Positions 1 to 12,363 of a stretch of DNA of 35,996 bases are shown here, in pieces. The translations under genes were made by a program, and so were the position numbers. Under the pieces are notes generated by a model. That model searched no databases, was not told the origin of the DNA, and saw only the letters and a list, made by a program, of their open reading frames with translations. Each line of letters starts with the position of its first letter. Within the stretch, counting starts at the first letter, position 1. This DNA is from Octopus bimaculoides (lineage: Eukaryota). The stretch spans positions 9,145,559 to 9,181,554 of the forward strand of contig NC_069004.1 of the NCBI RefSeq assembly GCF_001194135.2, read 5' to 3'.

Positions 1-41
<41 letters not shown>

Positions 42-591
42 TGGTTGTCTACTCCTTATGCAAAGTTTGACCACCTCCTGTACCTACACCTTAGAACCAT
101 CTGATGTGGCTTTTTAAACCAGATAACCAAGAGCATGCTTATTTTATATAGGAAATTAATACTCATCAGTAATGCTCACTCCATCACAGCTAGTAGAGGC
201 CAACACACCCTGTCAGTATTATGAAGAATGCCATTGGAATCGGTGACTGATTTCACAAAATGGCATTGTGTAAGTTATAAGATAATCAAGATGGCTAGCA
301 GCAATTTAAAACCAACAAGGAAATAATTCACTGTCATTATATATAAACCGACGCAGAATAGGATCAAGGCCTACTAAAAAAAAAAACACCTTGCCTCTCA
401 TCTGCATCTCCACACAAGCTGCAATGGTTTTTGTGAGCATGTGGTTTGTACAATTTTTCGTGGGTAGGAAGGAGGCAGGACATTTGATCACAGTATCTTA
501 TAACCATATTTTGTTTATACAAATCACACAGATTGTAAGTTTAACATTTGTTACTAGGCTGTTCTTTCTATATATATATATATATATATAT

Positions 592-623
<32 letters not shown>

Positions 624-835
624 TGTTTAACGTCCGCTTTCCATGCTAGCATGGGTTGGACGATTTGACTGAGGACTGGTGAAAACCAGATGGCTACACC
701 AGGCTCCAATCTGATTTGGCAGTTTCTACAGCTGGATGCCCTTCCTAACGCCAACCACTCAGAGAGTGTAGTGGGTGCTTTTACGTGTCACCCGCACGAA
801 GGCCAGTCAGGCGGTACTGGCAACAGCCAGATGGG
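624..835 (+). repeat. Interspersed SINE/LINE-tail repeat following (ATC)n
   Basis: CATGGGTTGGAC...CTGGATGCCCTTCCTAACGCCAAC recurs at ~12120-12270 (+) and ~25290-25460 (-). Confidence 0.7.
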
Positions 836-1494
836 NNNNNNNNNNNNNNNNNNNNNNNNNNNNNNNNNNNNNNNNNNNNNNNNNNNNNNNNNNNNNNNNN
901 NNNNNNNNNNNNNNNNNNNNNNNNNNNNNNNNNNNNNNNNNNNNNNNNNNNNNNNNNNNNNNNNNNNNNNNNNNNNNNNNNNNNNNNNNNNNNNNNNNNN
1001 NNNNNNNNNNNNNNNNNNNNNNNNNNNNNNNNNNNNNNNNNNNNNNNNNNNNNNNNNNNNNNNNNNNNNNNNNNNNNNNNNNNNNNNNNNNNNNNNNNNN
1101 NNNNNNNNNNNNNNNNNNNNNNNNNNNNNNNNNNNNNNNNNNNNNNNNNNNNNNNNNNNNNNNNNNNNNNNNNNNNNNNNNNNNNNNNNNNNNNNNNNNN
1201 NNNNNNNNNNNNNNNNNNNNNNNNNNNNNNNNNNNNNNNNNNNNNNNNNNNNNNNNNNNNNNNNNNNNNNNNNNNNNNNNNNNNNNNNNNNNNNNNNNNN
1301 NNNNNNNNNNNNNNNNNNNNNNNNNNNNNNNNNNNNNNNNNNNNNNNNNNNNNNNNNNNNNNNNNNNNNNNNNNNNNNNNNNNNNNNNNNNNNNNNNNNN
1401 NNNNNNNNNNNNNNNNNNNNNNNNNNNNNNNNNNNNNNNNNNNNNNNNNNNNNNNNNNNNNNNNNNNNNNNNNNNNNNNNNNNNNNNNNNNNNN
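836..1494. other. Assembly gap (others at 16702-16919, 21507-21611, 26512-26698, 35480-35579)
   Basis: Runs of N, mostly next to microsatellites or repeats. Confidence 1.
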
Positions 1495-1555
<61 letters not shown>

Positions 1556-1966
1556 GCAGTTACGTGTGTCTGTGGTAGTTGACTTTTGTTGAAAGTTCAT
1601 TGTTTTCTTTCTTCCACTTACCCCAATAATGATGTCAGCCTACACCTCCACATGAGAGTTTCTGTGTGTGTGTTTCAAATCCCAGGTACTACACTGCACA
1701 CACACACCAACACGCATATACGCACACATAGACAGAGGCTGTGAAAATTATTAAACCGTTTTGAGAAAAAAGTGGACCCAATTTGCACCAGTTAAGTGCC
1801 GAAATATTTCATAACTTAAACAGGTTTGATCTTTCCTTTTAGTTTCAAAAAAAAAAACCCTATCTACAATGTACATATGTGTGTGTATGTTTGTATGTAT
1901 GTATATATTTGTATATGTACCTATGAATGTGTGTGTGTGTAAGCAATGTTTGTGTTGTATATGTAA

Positions 1967-2173
1967 GTAGGTGCAGGAGTGGCTGTGTGGTAAGTAGCTT
2001 GCTTACCAACCACATGGTTCCGGGTTCAGTCCCACTGCGCAGCATCTTGGGCAAGTGTCTTCTACTAAAGCCTCGTGCCGACCAAAGCCTTGTGAGTAGA
2101 TTTGGTAGACGGAAACTGAAAGAACCATGTGGTTGGTAAGCAAGCTACTTACCACACAGCCACTCCTACGCCT
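1967..2173 (+). repeat. tRNA-derived SINE head followed by an inverted copy of its own 5' end
   Basis: GGAGTGGCTGTGTGGTAAG...GGTTCAGTCCC Pol III box A/B-like head, also seen at ~19143 (-) and ~22633 (+). Arms 1969-2020 and 2122-2173 are reverse complements. Confidence 0.75.
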
Positions 2174-2499
2174 GTATGAAATTTTTAATTTTCAAACCTT
2201 TGTTACAAACTTTTGGCCACAACTATAAAATAGTCCTTCCTTCCTAGGATAAAAAATCTTCCTGAGTCATAGAGACTCATAGGGTTAATTTCCATTATAC
2301 TGCCCACTGACAATTAATGCCTCATAAGTGAATTTAGTGTGTTTCATTGACCAAACCCTTCAAAACTCCCTAGCCATACAGCCTTTTGTCCTTTGACTGG
2401 ACAATAGGCTGTATGGCTAGGGAGAATTTCTAGATTTGGTTTCAGATCTTGAGCAAGCGGGGCCAAATGAGGTCCTACATATATATAATGTGCAAATAT

Positions 2500-2960
2500 C
2501 CCTGCTCCGGTAAAAACTAACACTTCTCTCCTCCGAGCTTATGCCACCTTCACAGAATTGTACACACCTACTCACCCGTGTCAATCGTTTTTCGCGGTGG
2601 CCTGAAGCTTGGCCCTTATCTGAAACTTTGGCAGAAACAGTCGCCAAAACGCATATATCCCAATGGGTTTCACGTTTTGGCCACACTTGCAACTATCACC
2701 ACCTACAGAGGACGTCAGTTCGATTCCCACCTCTTCACTGAGCTGACTCATCTCCTTGGGTGTAAACACACCTACACTACAGCTTACCACCCTGCAACAA
2801 ATGGCATGGTTGAACACTTTCACCACCAACTCAAGGTAACTATAAAAGCATCTTCAGACAGTTCTAATTGATTGGAACATCTTCCTCTCATCCTCCTTGG
2901 TATTCGCCCCACGGTTAAGGAGGAAGTTGGATATACTCTGGCTGAACTAGCCTATGTTCA
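2500..2960 (+). mobile_element. Ty3/Gypsy integrase fragment (frameshifted)
   Basis: HLLTRVNRFSRWPEAWPL..., RGRQFDSHLFTELTHLLGCKHTYTTAYHPATNGMVEHFHHQLK and LEHLPLILLGIR are typical Gypsy rve-core sequences. A TKSGRTVRWPARF pol-like tail lies at ~3185-3225. Confidence 0.85.
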
Positions 2961-3920
2961 AATATCATCTGAAGAAACTATAAGACTAACCAAATAGGAT
3001 TCCTTTGTGGGGTGTTAGTGTTGCTGTAAATACTCATATTTCTCATGACCTGAAGATTACCCCCAGCCAGTTAGGTATTTATTGCTGAGTTCCTTCATCA
3101 AGGAGGACTTACTTTCAGTTCCCTCCGTTCCTCGAACAGACTCAACGACTCCAGCAAATACCTCAGATTCTGCACAATCCCGGCACACCAAATCAGGAAG
3201 AACAGTTCGATGGCCCGCAAGGTTTGTTCAAGTCTTTCGGGTAAGTTCAAACTCTTCCCTTACCCATCTTCTGAAATGAAATGCCAACATCAACACATAA
3301 CCTAAATGACTGCATCACCCGGATACAAACCAAAAGAAAACAACAAACATTTTGTATAAATTTTCTACATCAACAGAAAACAGTTTTATGAACATTGACT
3401 GAACATTTCACAGACAAACTTTTCCACAAACATTTTTCATTTTTCTGTCAATTCCTTGCCTGTACATATGTTTTGCTTTCTTTGAAAAATGTTTTGCCTT
3501 CTTATAAAGTGAAAAGGAGCTCTGACAGTACAGACAGAAAAAGAATGAGAAGAAAATGTTTAGTGAATGGTTTTTATCTTTAATGTGTGAAAGCAAGGCA
3601 GTGTCAAGTGGTGAGGATATTTTATCAAGAAAAATGCACTCAGTCCAGGCAGCAAAAATTATTTGTATGAGGAAGAGACATGAAAACACAATATCAAAGT
3701 TATGAACATACATGACCATGTTGGATGGTTTTTCTTCCCCTGTGTGTGCCAGCTGGTGAAAACCACAGTAGGTGATGAGATGAAAGGTGATGATGGATGG
3801 TGAGAAGCAGGCACCACATCCAACCAAACAGATGTAAAATGATGACAATGATAAAGACAGTGACATAAACAATGACGATGGCAAGAAACATTTTACCTAC
3901 ACTTTCTGTTCAAATAATGC

Positions 3921-3926
3921 TTTGTT
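3921..3926 (-). terminator. Variant hexamer AACAAA at the homologous poly(A) position of exon A
   Basis: Context GTGGAACAAAGCATTATTTGAACAG aligns with the other four copies but has a T>C change in the hexamer. Confidence 0.4.
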
Positions 3927-4188
3927 CCACAAAATAATATACGATACATATTATGCTTTGTGTGAAATCACTGATAGAAAAATCATTTCATTCTTTGTTT
4001 CTGAGTGAGACAATATTTATAATTTCAGTGAGTTTTTCTTTTTTGCCCGTGTTCCTTTTCTTCTTTTATTTATCCTACTTATTATTTTTTCTGAAATGCC
4101 TGGCCACAAATTTTTGTGTCAAAGAAGAATGTTTCAGAAATACGAAAGATAATATTCCTGTAGAATACATGAAAGCTAACATAGTGGA

Positions 4189-4723
4189 CTAAAGGTGACG
4201 TGTCTTTGGTTTTGCAAGTTCTGTTAATCGTTCACTAGCAACCACATGCTGTGTGGTGGGGTTCACTTTGAAAGGGTTGTATGTGACCTTACTCATTCTC
4301 CTAGACAGTGGTGTGCTTAGTTCTACCAGCCTTTGCGATATTTTCATTTTCAATGTCAACTTGTTAATGCGGTCCTGAATCTGTTGATTCACTCTGTTAC
4401 ATGAATGGCATGACTTTCTGACTGCTAGCCTTTCCAGCGTTGGACAGAATGTACCATTGCCAAAAGAGGCTCTTTTGCTATCATACAACTTACTTTTTTG
4501 AAATTCCGCAAGCCTACAAATTGAGTGACGTGGTATTGGTACAGCAAGTACATGAATTTGAGGTGATAGTATTGCATTTTTGGCTGAGGGTAGCACTTCA
4601 GATGGCACTGGTCTCACTCTTACAATATGTGGATGAAATTTCTTTGAAACTGCAAGGTGAATCACTCTTGGACTGCTATTAGCATTCAGAGCAGTGGTAG
4701 GCACTGGCCACTGGGCTGTTGCT
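4189..4723 (-). CDS. THEG: THEG-like terminal exon A (most distal); (R)ATAQWPVPTTALNANSS...ASERLTELAKPKTRHL*
   Basis: Same acceptor (CAG at 4726-4724) and phase. Intact frame to TAG. Repeats 2 and 3 have lost the core Arg. Confidence 0.78.
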
Positions 4724-4789
4724 CTGAAAGAAACACAAATTGTTTAATGAATGCTCTCTTTATTTTTCTCCTAGTATATGTATTTACAT

Positions 4790-5350
4790 AGCTTGTTTGA
4801 AGGAGAGGAGACTTTCAGGTTAGGGATAGAAGGCTGGGGTAAGAAGGGAAGACCTAAAACTGAAAATGGAATTGCTGACTTGTGAGAGAGGTTACAGAGT
4901 GTAAGGAGGGTCATTCATTTGTATTCATCAGTGTTGTGATTCCAAGTATGTTTAAGTGTAAGGGATTTTCTTTCTACTCCTCTGGATATGTGAAAATGCT
5001 GCACAGTGATGGATGAATGATGGTGCATATACCAACCCTGTTAATTTGTTTGTAAAATTTGCCAGAGAAAGAGAAAAGGGTTAGGATGAATTCATCTATG
5101 TTGAAGAACATAGCTGTGAACAGCAACCAAAATCCAGGAGGTGCTGTTATGCTAGGTGATAGACTGCTTTCTACACCACCAAAACTAATTATGGTCTACT
5201 GGACACAATTTGTGTATTGCAAATCTTTAGCAGACTTGACAGGATATGCTACATGTACAAATATGTCACATGTAGAAAGATGTCACATGTAGATTTTGTT
5301 AGAAAATAAAAATGCACTCAGTACAGGCTGCAAAAATGTCTGCATGCAAA
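4790..5350 (-). mobile_element. Deleted Penelope-like remnant and shared flank between exons B and A
   Basis: Shares the catcagtgttgtg segment with 6648-6660, shares the 3' end with the other spacers, and 5120-5346 matches 9329-9555. Confidence 0.45.
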
Positions 5351-5632
5351 ATAGCCATAAAAACATACCAGATTTAGGGCTATACACAAGAATATTGGAC
5401 ACCTTTTTTCTCCTTGAATATGCCAGCTGGTAGAAACCACAGTAAATGATGAGTCAAAGAATGAAGATGATCAGTGAATCAAACCAGACCCATCCAACCA
5501 ACCAATGAATATAAAAACATGAAACATGTAAAATGACTGCAGTAATAAAGACAAAGATAACAACAAAGACATTGACATAAACAATGATGATGGTAAGAAA
5601 CATTCCACCTATACTTTCTGTTGAAATAATGC

Positions 5633-5638
5633 TTTATT
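5633..5638 (-). terminator. Poly(A) signal AATAAA of exon B
   Basis: Same conserved context ~280 nt after the stop. Confidence 0.65.
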
Positions 5639-5917
5639 TCACAAAAATAATATATAAAATATATATTATGCTTAGTGTCTCATCACTAACACTCAAATTA
5701 TCTCATCATTTTTTTTTCTAACTGAGATGATATTTTTATATTTTGGAGTGGTTTCATTTTTCATACATTTCTTTGGTTTGCTTTGTTTTAAGGGATTTTT
5801 TCCCCCCTTCTTATTTTCTGAAATGCAAGTCCACACACTTTTGAAAAGAAAAAAATATTTCAAAGATTCGAAACATGAAGATTTCTGTAGAAAAGATTTA
5901 AAGTTAAAAGAGTTAAC

Positions 5918-6452
5918 TTAAAGTTGGTATTTCTTTGGTTTCGCAAGTTCCACTATTCGATCGCTAGCGACAGCATGCTGTGCAGAAGGGTTCACTTTGA
6001 AAGGCTCAAATGTGTTCTTCATCAGTCTCCTAGGATGTGGGCTGCTTAGTTCCTCTATTCTCGGTGATGGTACAGCAGTCAGTGCTGCCCTGGTAATGGG
6101 ACGCTGACTTGGTAGATTTGGTACAAAATTTGGATGCAATGACTTGCTGACTGCTAACTTCTCCAGCCTCGAATAAGTTGTACTACTGCTAACAGAAGCT
6201 GGTTTGATTGCATACAACTTACTTTTCTGACCTGGCTGAAGTTTAGTGCTTATTCTCCGCGGTACTGGTACAGAAAGTAAAAGAATTCGAGGTGAAGGTT
6301 TTACATTTCTAGCTGATATTGGCACTGCAGTTTGCACGGGTCTTGGTGCTATAAAAAGTGGATGAAATTTCTTTGAAACTGCAAGGTCAATCACTCTTGG
6401 ACTGCAAGTAGCATTCATGGCAGCGGAAGACACTGGCCACTGTGGTGATGCC
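5918..6452 (-). CDS. THEG: THEG-like terminal exon B; (R)ASPQWPVSSAAMNATCS...ASDRIVELAKPKKYQL*
   Basis: Same acceptor (CAG at 6455-6453) and phase. Intact frame to TAA. All five repeats keep the core Arg. Confidence 0.8.
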
Positions 6453-6559
6453 CTGAAAGAAACACAAATGCTTTAGTGAATGTTCTCTTCCTTTTTTTTT
6501 TTTTCTTAGTTTATTTATTTACATTGCTTTTTGAAGGAAAGGTTTTCAGCATGGGGTGA

Positions 6560-7780
6560 GAGGAAATGTTGGGGGTCAATTGAGGGAATAAATAGGATAA
6601 CTGAACTGGAAGTACATGAAGTTAAGGGTGGGACATTTATCTATACCCATCAGTGTTGTGGGGCAGGCAGGTTTGAGTGAGAGGGTGTAGATCTTTCTAT
6701 TTCCTTGGGTGTGTCGAGGTACTGCACATTGATGGATGGGGGATGGAGTGGCCTCCTGTGTTGAGTTGTGTCGCATATGTAGTGGTGTGGTTCAGGTATG
6801 TCTACAGAGGTGATCAACAATGCAATTGCCTGTTTCCCCAATATAAAATACACCATAGGATTTTGGGATGATACTGTAGTTGAGTTTTCATGATGTGCTG
6901 TGAATGTTTCGGGTGAAGTGGTGTTGTGGCCAGGACCCAATTATAATTGTGGTCTAGGTGATGTGGAGACAGGTGCATTTAAGGGCACTTGGTTGTGTGT
7001 GGATAGGTCCTGTGGAGCTTCAGTATAGGAGGTTACCAATGTTCCTGTCTTTCTTGGAAGTAGGGGAGTGATAAGAACTGCTGTTGGATTGGAGAATTAT
7101 ATTTGGGATTTGCAGACAATTGTGTTTTAGTAAGAGGGCAGATAGCTGTAGTAGGTGTCCATCTTGGAGCTGTGGATGTAGAGGGGTGGAAGAAGAGTGC
7201 CGCTGTCTCTAACCTGGCAGAAAAGAGTGCATGGGTACTATCAATTCAGGAAAAGTTTGCATTTTACTCATATTTGGGTTCAAAATTTTGATTCAATACT
7301 GCATAGTCAATGAAGCTGGTGGAATTTGGAGAATGGTGTAGCAGACTGTGTTTAAGATCTTAAAAGGAATAGTGGAGAGAGGAATGAGAAATATTGAAGG
7401 TGATGTTGAGAAAAGCAATTGATATATCAGTTATGATGAGAGTAAGTTCCAAGATGAGGTAAAAAGAGTTAAAAAAAAAAATGAAACTATCAATCTGTTG
7501 CCTGGTGAGAGTGATAGCACCAACAGGAGTTGGGCAAACACTTAATTCTTAATATACCCTACTAAAAAATTTGTGTAGGTGGGAGTCATATTGGTGCCCA
7601 TAGTGACACCACTAAACTGTTTGTAAAATTCTCCAGTGAAAGAAAAGAGGGAGGGAGGTTGATATCATTTAAGTGAAGGAATCAGACAGTGTTGTGTACA
7701 CATAGGTGCTGTCAAGTCTTGTAAGCTTTTAAAAGCTGATGACATTACCTATGGAAGATGACTGAATAGAGTGGTTTAAC
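6560..7780 (-). mobile_element. Decayed Penelope-like retroelement, paralog of 10780-12010
   Basis: FSFTGEFYKQFSGVTMGTNMTPTYTNFLVGYIK at ~7550-7650 (RT motif B). The endonuclease part is nearly identical to 10805-11188. Confidence 0.75.
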
Positions 7781-8219
7781 ATGCATAGTGAGATGGAGCT
7801 TTGACAGCACAGGGAGAAAAGAGAACAAGAAGGATTTAGTACATGGGTTTTATCTTTAATGTGTAAGTGTAAGGCAGTGTCAAGCGGTGATGATGTTCCA
7901 TCAAGAAAAATGCACTCGGTTCAGGCAACAACAACTATTTATATGAGGAACAGACAAAAAAAAACCTTACCAAAATTATGGACATACACAACCATGTTGA
8001 ATGGCTTTTCTTCCCCAGTGTATGCCAGCTGGTGATGAGACAAAGGATGATGAGGACACTGAGATAAATGCACCACATCCAACCAACCAAAGTAAAAAAA
8101 AATAAATAGATGTAAAATGATGATGATGATGATGATGACAAAGATGAAAACAAAGATATCCACATAGACAATGACGATGGCAAGAAACATTTCACCTATA
8201 CTTTCTGTTCAAATAATGC

Positions 8220-8225
8220 TTTATT
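8220..8225 (-). terminator. Poly(A) signal AATAAA of exon C
   Basis: Same conserved context ~295 nt after the stop. Confidence 0.65.
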
Positions 8226-8340
8226 TCACAAAATAATATATAATACATATTATCTTTTGTGTATAACCACTGATACAAAAATCATTTCATTCTTTTGTTT
8301 CTCAGTCAGACAATATTTATAATTTCAGTGAGTTTTTCTT

Positions 8341-8379
<39 letters not shown>

Positions 8380-8519
8380 CTATGTTCCTTTTCTTCTTTT
8401 ATTTTTCCTACTTATTTTTTCTGAAATGCCTGGCCACAAACTTTTGTGTCAAAGAAAAACGTTTCAGAAACACGAAAGATAAATATTCCTGTAGAAAACA
8501 TGAAAGCTAACATAGTGGA

Positions 8520-9054
8520 CTAAAGGTGGTGTGTCTTTGGTTTTGCAAGTTCTGTTAAACGTTCACTAGCAACCGCATGCTGTGAGGTGGGGTTAACTTT
8601 GAAAGGGTTGTATGTGTCCTTAATCAGTTTCCTAGACAGTGGTATGCTTAGTTCTACCAGCCTTGGTGGTGTTTTTATATTCAATGTTGACTTGGGAAAG
8701 GGCTGCTGAATCTGTTGACTCATTCTGTTATATGAACGAGGTAACTTTCTGATTTCTAAGATTTCCAGCTGTGAATAGTTTGTACTACTGCTAACAGAGT
8801 CTTTTTTGTCTTCATACAACTTACTTTTCTGAAATTCCACAAGCTTACACACTGAGTGACGTACTATTGGTACAGCAAGTACACGAAGTCGAGGTGATGG
8901 TTTTGCATTTCTGGCTGACAGTGACACTTCAATTGGCACTGGTCTTGATGCTACAAAATTTGGATGAAATTTCTTTGAAACTGCAAGGTTAATCACTCTT
9001 GGACTGCAATTAGCATTCAGGGCAGTAGTTGACACTGGCCACTGGGCTGTTGCT
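8520..9054 (-). CDS. THEG: THEG-like terminal exon C; (R)ATAQWPVSTTALNANCS...ASERLTELAKPKTHHL*
   Basis: Same acceptor (CAG at 9057-9055) and phase. Intact frame to TAG. About 65% aa identity to exon A by hand alignment. Confidence 0.8.
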
Positions 9055-9119
9055 CTGAAAGAAACACAAATTGTTTAATGAATGCTCTCTTTCTTTTTCT
9101 CCTAGCATATTTATTTACA

Positions 9120-9560
9120 TTGCTTGTTTGAAGGAGAGGAGGCTTTCAGGTGTGGGACAGAAGGAAAGGTTGGGAAAGATTTGCTATTCAATGTGGCCTA
9201 CAACAATCTTTGGATAAGTTGCACCCATGTTGGTGCTCACACCAATCCTGTTAATATGTCTGTAATATACTCCAGTGAAGAAAAAAAGGTTAGAATGGGT
9301 CCATCTATGTTGAGAGACATAGATATGTACAGCAACCAAAATCCAGGAGGTGCTGTTATGCTAGGTGATAGACTGCTTTCTACACCACCAAAACTAATTA
9401 TGGTCTACTGGACACAATTTGTGTATTGCAAATCTTTAGCAGACTTGACAGGATATGCTACATGTACAAATATGTCACATGTAGAAAGATGTTACATGCA
9501 GATTTTGTTAGAAAATAAAAATGCACTCAGTACAGGCTGCAAAAATGTCTGCATGAATAA
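9120..9560 (-). mobile_element. Internally deleted Penelope-like remnant between exons D and C
   Basis: 9185-9300 aligns with the RT motif-B region at 11830-11930. Its downstream end matches the 3' ends at ~4790, ~6525 and ~10740. Confidence 0.5.
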
Positions 9561-9846
9561 TGGTCATAAAAATCCAGCAAGATTAAGGACATACACAAGG
9601 AGGTTGGAAACCTTTAACTCTCCTTATATATATGCCAGCTGGTGGAAACCACAGTAAATCATGCGACAAAGAAATGATGATGATCAGTGAAACAAGCCAG
9701 ACCCATCCAACCAACCAATGAATGAAAAATGTAAACATGTAAAATGACGATAACGATGTTGAGGACAAAGATGATAGCAAAGACATCAACATAAACAATG
9801 ATGATGGTAAGAAACATTTTACCTATACTTTCTGTTGAAATAATGC

Positions 9847-9852
9847 TTTATT
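9847..9852 (-). terminator. Poly(A) signal AATAAA of exon D
   Basis: Same conserved context ~300 nt after the stop. Confidence 0.65.
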
Positions 9853-10148
9853 TCACAAAATAATATATAATATATATACTATGCTTAGTTATCTAATCAG
9901 TGACACTCAAATCATTTCATCATTTTTTTTTCTGACTGAAATGATATTTTATATTTTGGAGTGGTTTTGTTTTGATATATATATGTGTATATATATATAT
10001 ATATTTTTTTATTTGCTTCGGCTTTGTAGGGTTTGCTTCCTTCTTCTTTTTCTAAAATGCCCATCCACAGGGTTTAGAGAAAAAAAATATTTTTTAAATT
10101 CAAAACATGAAGACTTCTGTAGAATAGATGAAAGTAGAAATGGTGAAC

Positions 10149-10680
10149 TTAAAGTTGGTATTTCTTTGGTTTTGCAAGTTGCAATATTCGATCAGTAGCA
10201 ACCACATGCTGTGTGGTGGGGATCACTTTGAAAGGCTCAAATGTATTCTTAATCATTTTCCTAGAAGGTGGGGCACTTAGTTCTACTAGTCTCGGTGATG
10301 CTATAGCAGTCAATGCTGCCCGGGTAATGGGACGCTGTTTCTGTTGATTCGGGAGAAAATTTGGATGCAATGACTTGCTGACTGCTAACTTTTCCAGCCT
10401 TGGATAGGTTCTGCTGCTAACAGAAGCTTGTTTAACTTTATGCGAATTACTTTTCTCACCTTCCTGAATTTTAGTGGTTATTTTGCGCGGTACCGGAAGA
10501 GCAAGTACAATAATTCGAGGTGAAGGTTTTACATTTCTAGCTGACAATGGCACTTCAGTTTGCACGGGTCTTGGTGCTATAAAAAGTGGATGAAATTTCT
10601 TTGAAACTGCAAGGTCAGTCAGTCTTCGACTGCAATTAGCATTCATGGCAGCGGAAGACACTGGCCACTGTGGTGATACC
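10149..10680 (-). CDS. THEG: THEG-like terminal exon D; (R)VSPQWPVSSAAMNANCS...ATDRILQLAKPKKYQL*
   Basis: Same acceptor (CAG at 10683-10681) and phase. Intact frame to TAA with one in-frame codon deletion. About 74% aa identity to exon B by hand alignment. Confidence 0.8.
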
Positions 10681-10779
10681 CTGAAAGAAACACAAATGGT
10701 TTAATGAATGCTCTCTTCCTTTTTTATGTATATTTACGCTGCTTGTTTGAAGGAAAGGAAGCTTTCAGCATGGAAGAGG

Positions 10780-12010
10780 AGGAAAGTTTAAGGTGCCAGG
10801 GGGTATAAATAGGATAACTGAACTGGAAGTACATGAAGTTAAGGGTGGGACATTTATCTATACCCATCAGTGTTGTGGGGCAGGCAGGTTTGAGTGAGAG
10901 GGTGTAGATCTTTCTATTTCCTTGGGTGTGTCGAGGTACTGCACATTGATGGATGGGGGATGGAGTGGCCTCCTGTGTTGAGTTGTGTCGCATATGTAGT
11001 GGTGTGGTTCAGGTATGTCTGCAGAGGTGATCAACAATGCAATTGCCTGTTTCCCCAATATAAAATACACCATAGGATTTTGGGATGGTACTGTAGTTGA
11101 GTTTGCATGATGTGCTGTGAATGTTTCGGGTGAAGTGGTGTTGTGGCCAGGACCCAATTAAAATTGTGGTCTAGGTGATGTGGAGACAAGTGTTGCATCA
11201 TTACTGAGTGCATTTAAGGGTACTTGATTGTGTGTGGATAGGTGCTGTGGAGCTTCAGTATAGGAGGTTACCAATGTTCTTGTCTTTCTTGGAAGTAGGA
11301 AGTGATAAGAACTGCTGTTGGATTGGAGAATCATATTTGGGGTTTCTATAGGAGAGTGGATGGCTGTAGTAGGTGTCCAACATGTGGGTTTGCTTGTAGA
11401 AGGATGGGAGAACGGTGCCACTATGTACAGCCTGTCAGAAAAGAGTGCAGAGTCCACAACTGATTGTGGGTACTCTTAGTTCTTGGAGAAATGTTGCATT
11501 TTCTCATATTTAGGTCCAAATTTTGATTCAGTGTTGCATAGTCAATGAAGTTGATGAAATTTGGAGAATGATATGGCAGATTGAGTGTGTTTAAGGTCAG
11601 AGGAATTGTGGAGAGAAGAGTGATAATTGATGATGGAGATATTGAGAAAAATAAGATATGTAAGATATTGAAGGAGTGTAAATTCAAAGGTTAGGTTAAA
11701 GGAATTAATAAAAGAGATGAACCTATCAAACTGCTGCCTGGTGAGAATGGTAACACTGAAACAGTTATTAATAAACAACCATTCAGCTTTGGATCGTGTC
11801 CTGTGTGTTGAGAAAATATCTGCTTTTCAATATGGCCTACAAAGTGTTTTGCGTAACTAGGGTCCATCTTGGTGTTCATAGTGATACCACTGAGTTGTAT
11901 GCAAAATTCTCCAGTGAAGGAGGAATGGGTTTGGACAAGTTCATCTAAATGGAAGAATGTGATAGCGTTCTGGACAGGCAGAGGCTGGTGGTTCCAATAT
12001 CCACCAAACA
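10780..12010 (-). mobile_element. Decayed Penelope-like retroelement (RT + GIY-YIG endonuclease remnants)
   Basis: Frameshifted pieces QLSGITMNTKMDPSYAKHFVGHIEKQIF (RT motif B), FINNC...QFDRFISFINSF (decayed YIDD region) and IGETGNCIVDHL...PTTLMGID (GIY-YIG C-terminus) resemble Penelope-type ORFs. Boundaries approximate. Confidence 0.75.
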
Positions 12011-12015
12011 TATGT

Positions 12016-12074
<59 letters not shown>

Positions 12075-12287
12075 CGTACACACACACACACACACACGAT
12101 ATATCATTATCATCATCATTTAACATCTATCTTCCATGATGGCATGGGTTGGACAGTTTGACGGGAGCTGGCAAGTCAGAGGGCTGCACCAGGTTCCAGT
12201 TGTCTGTTTTGGCAACGTTTCTATGGCTAGATGCCCTTCCTAACACCAATTACTTTACAGAGTGTACTGAGTGCATGGAAATATATA

Positions 12288-12340
<53 letters not shown>

Positions 12341-12363
12341 ATCATCAATAATATATATATACA

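Noticed and set aside
690-1600. Long ORFs spanning N-runs and (TA)n YIYIYI ORFs throughout the window
   Set aside because: Artefacts of assembly gaps and microsatellites.
9124-9657. 177-aa plus-strand ORF (and 5059-5292)
   Set aside because: Antisense to the Penelope remnant and shared flank. The protein similarity between copies comes from the near-identical DNA tract.
4189-10680. A+B and C+D as two haplotypes mis-assembled in tandem
   Set aside because: About 65-74% aa identity and ~83% DNA identity (A/C) are far too divergent for alleles. Only long reads can fully exclude a local misassembly.
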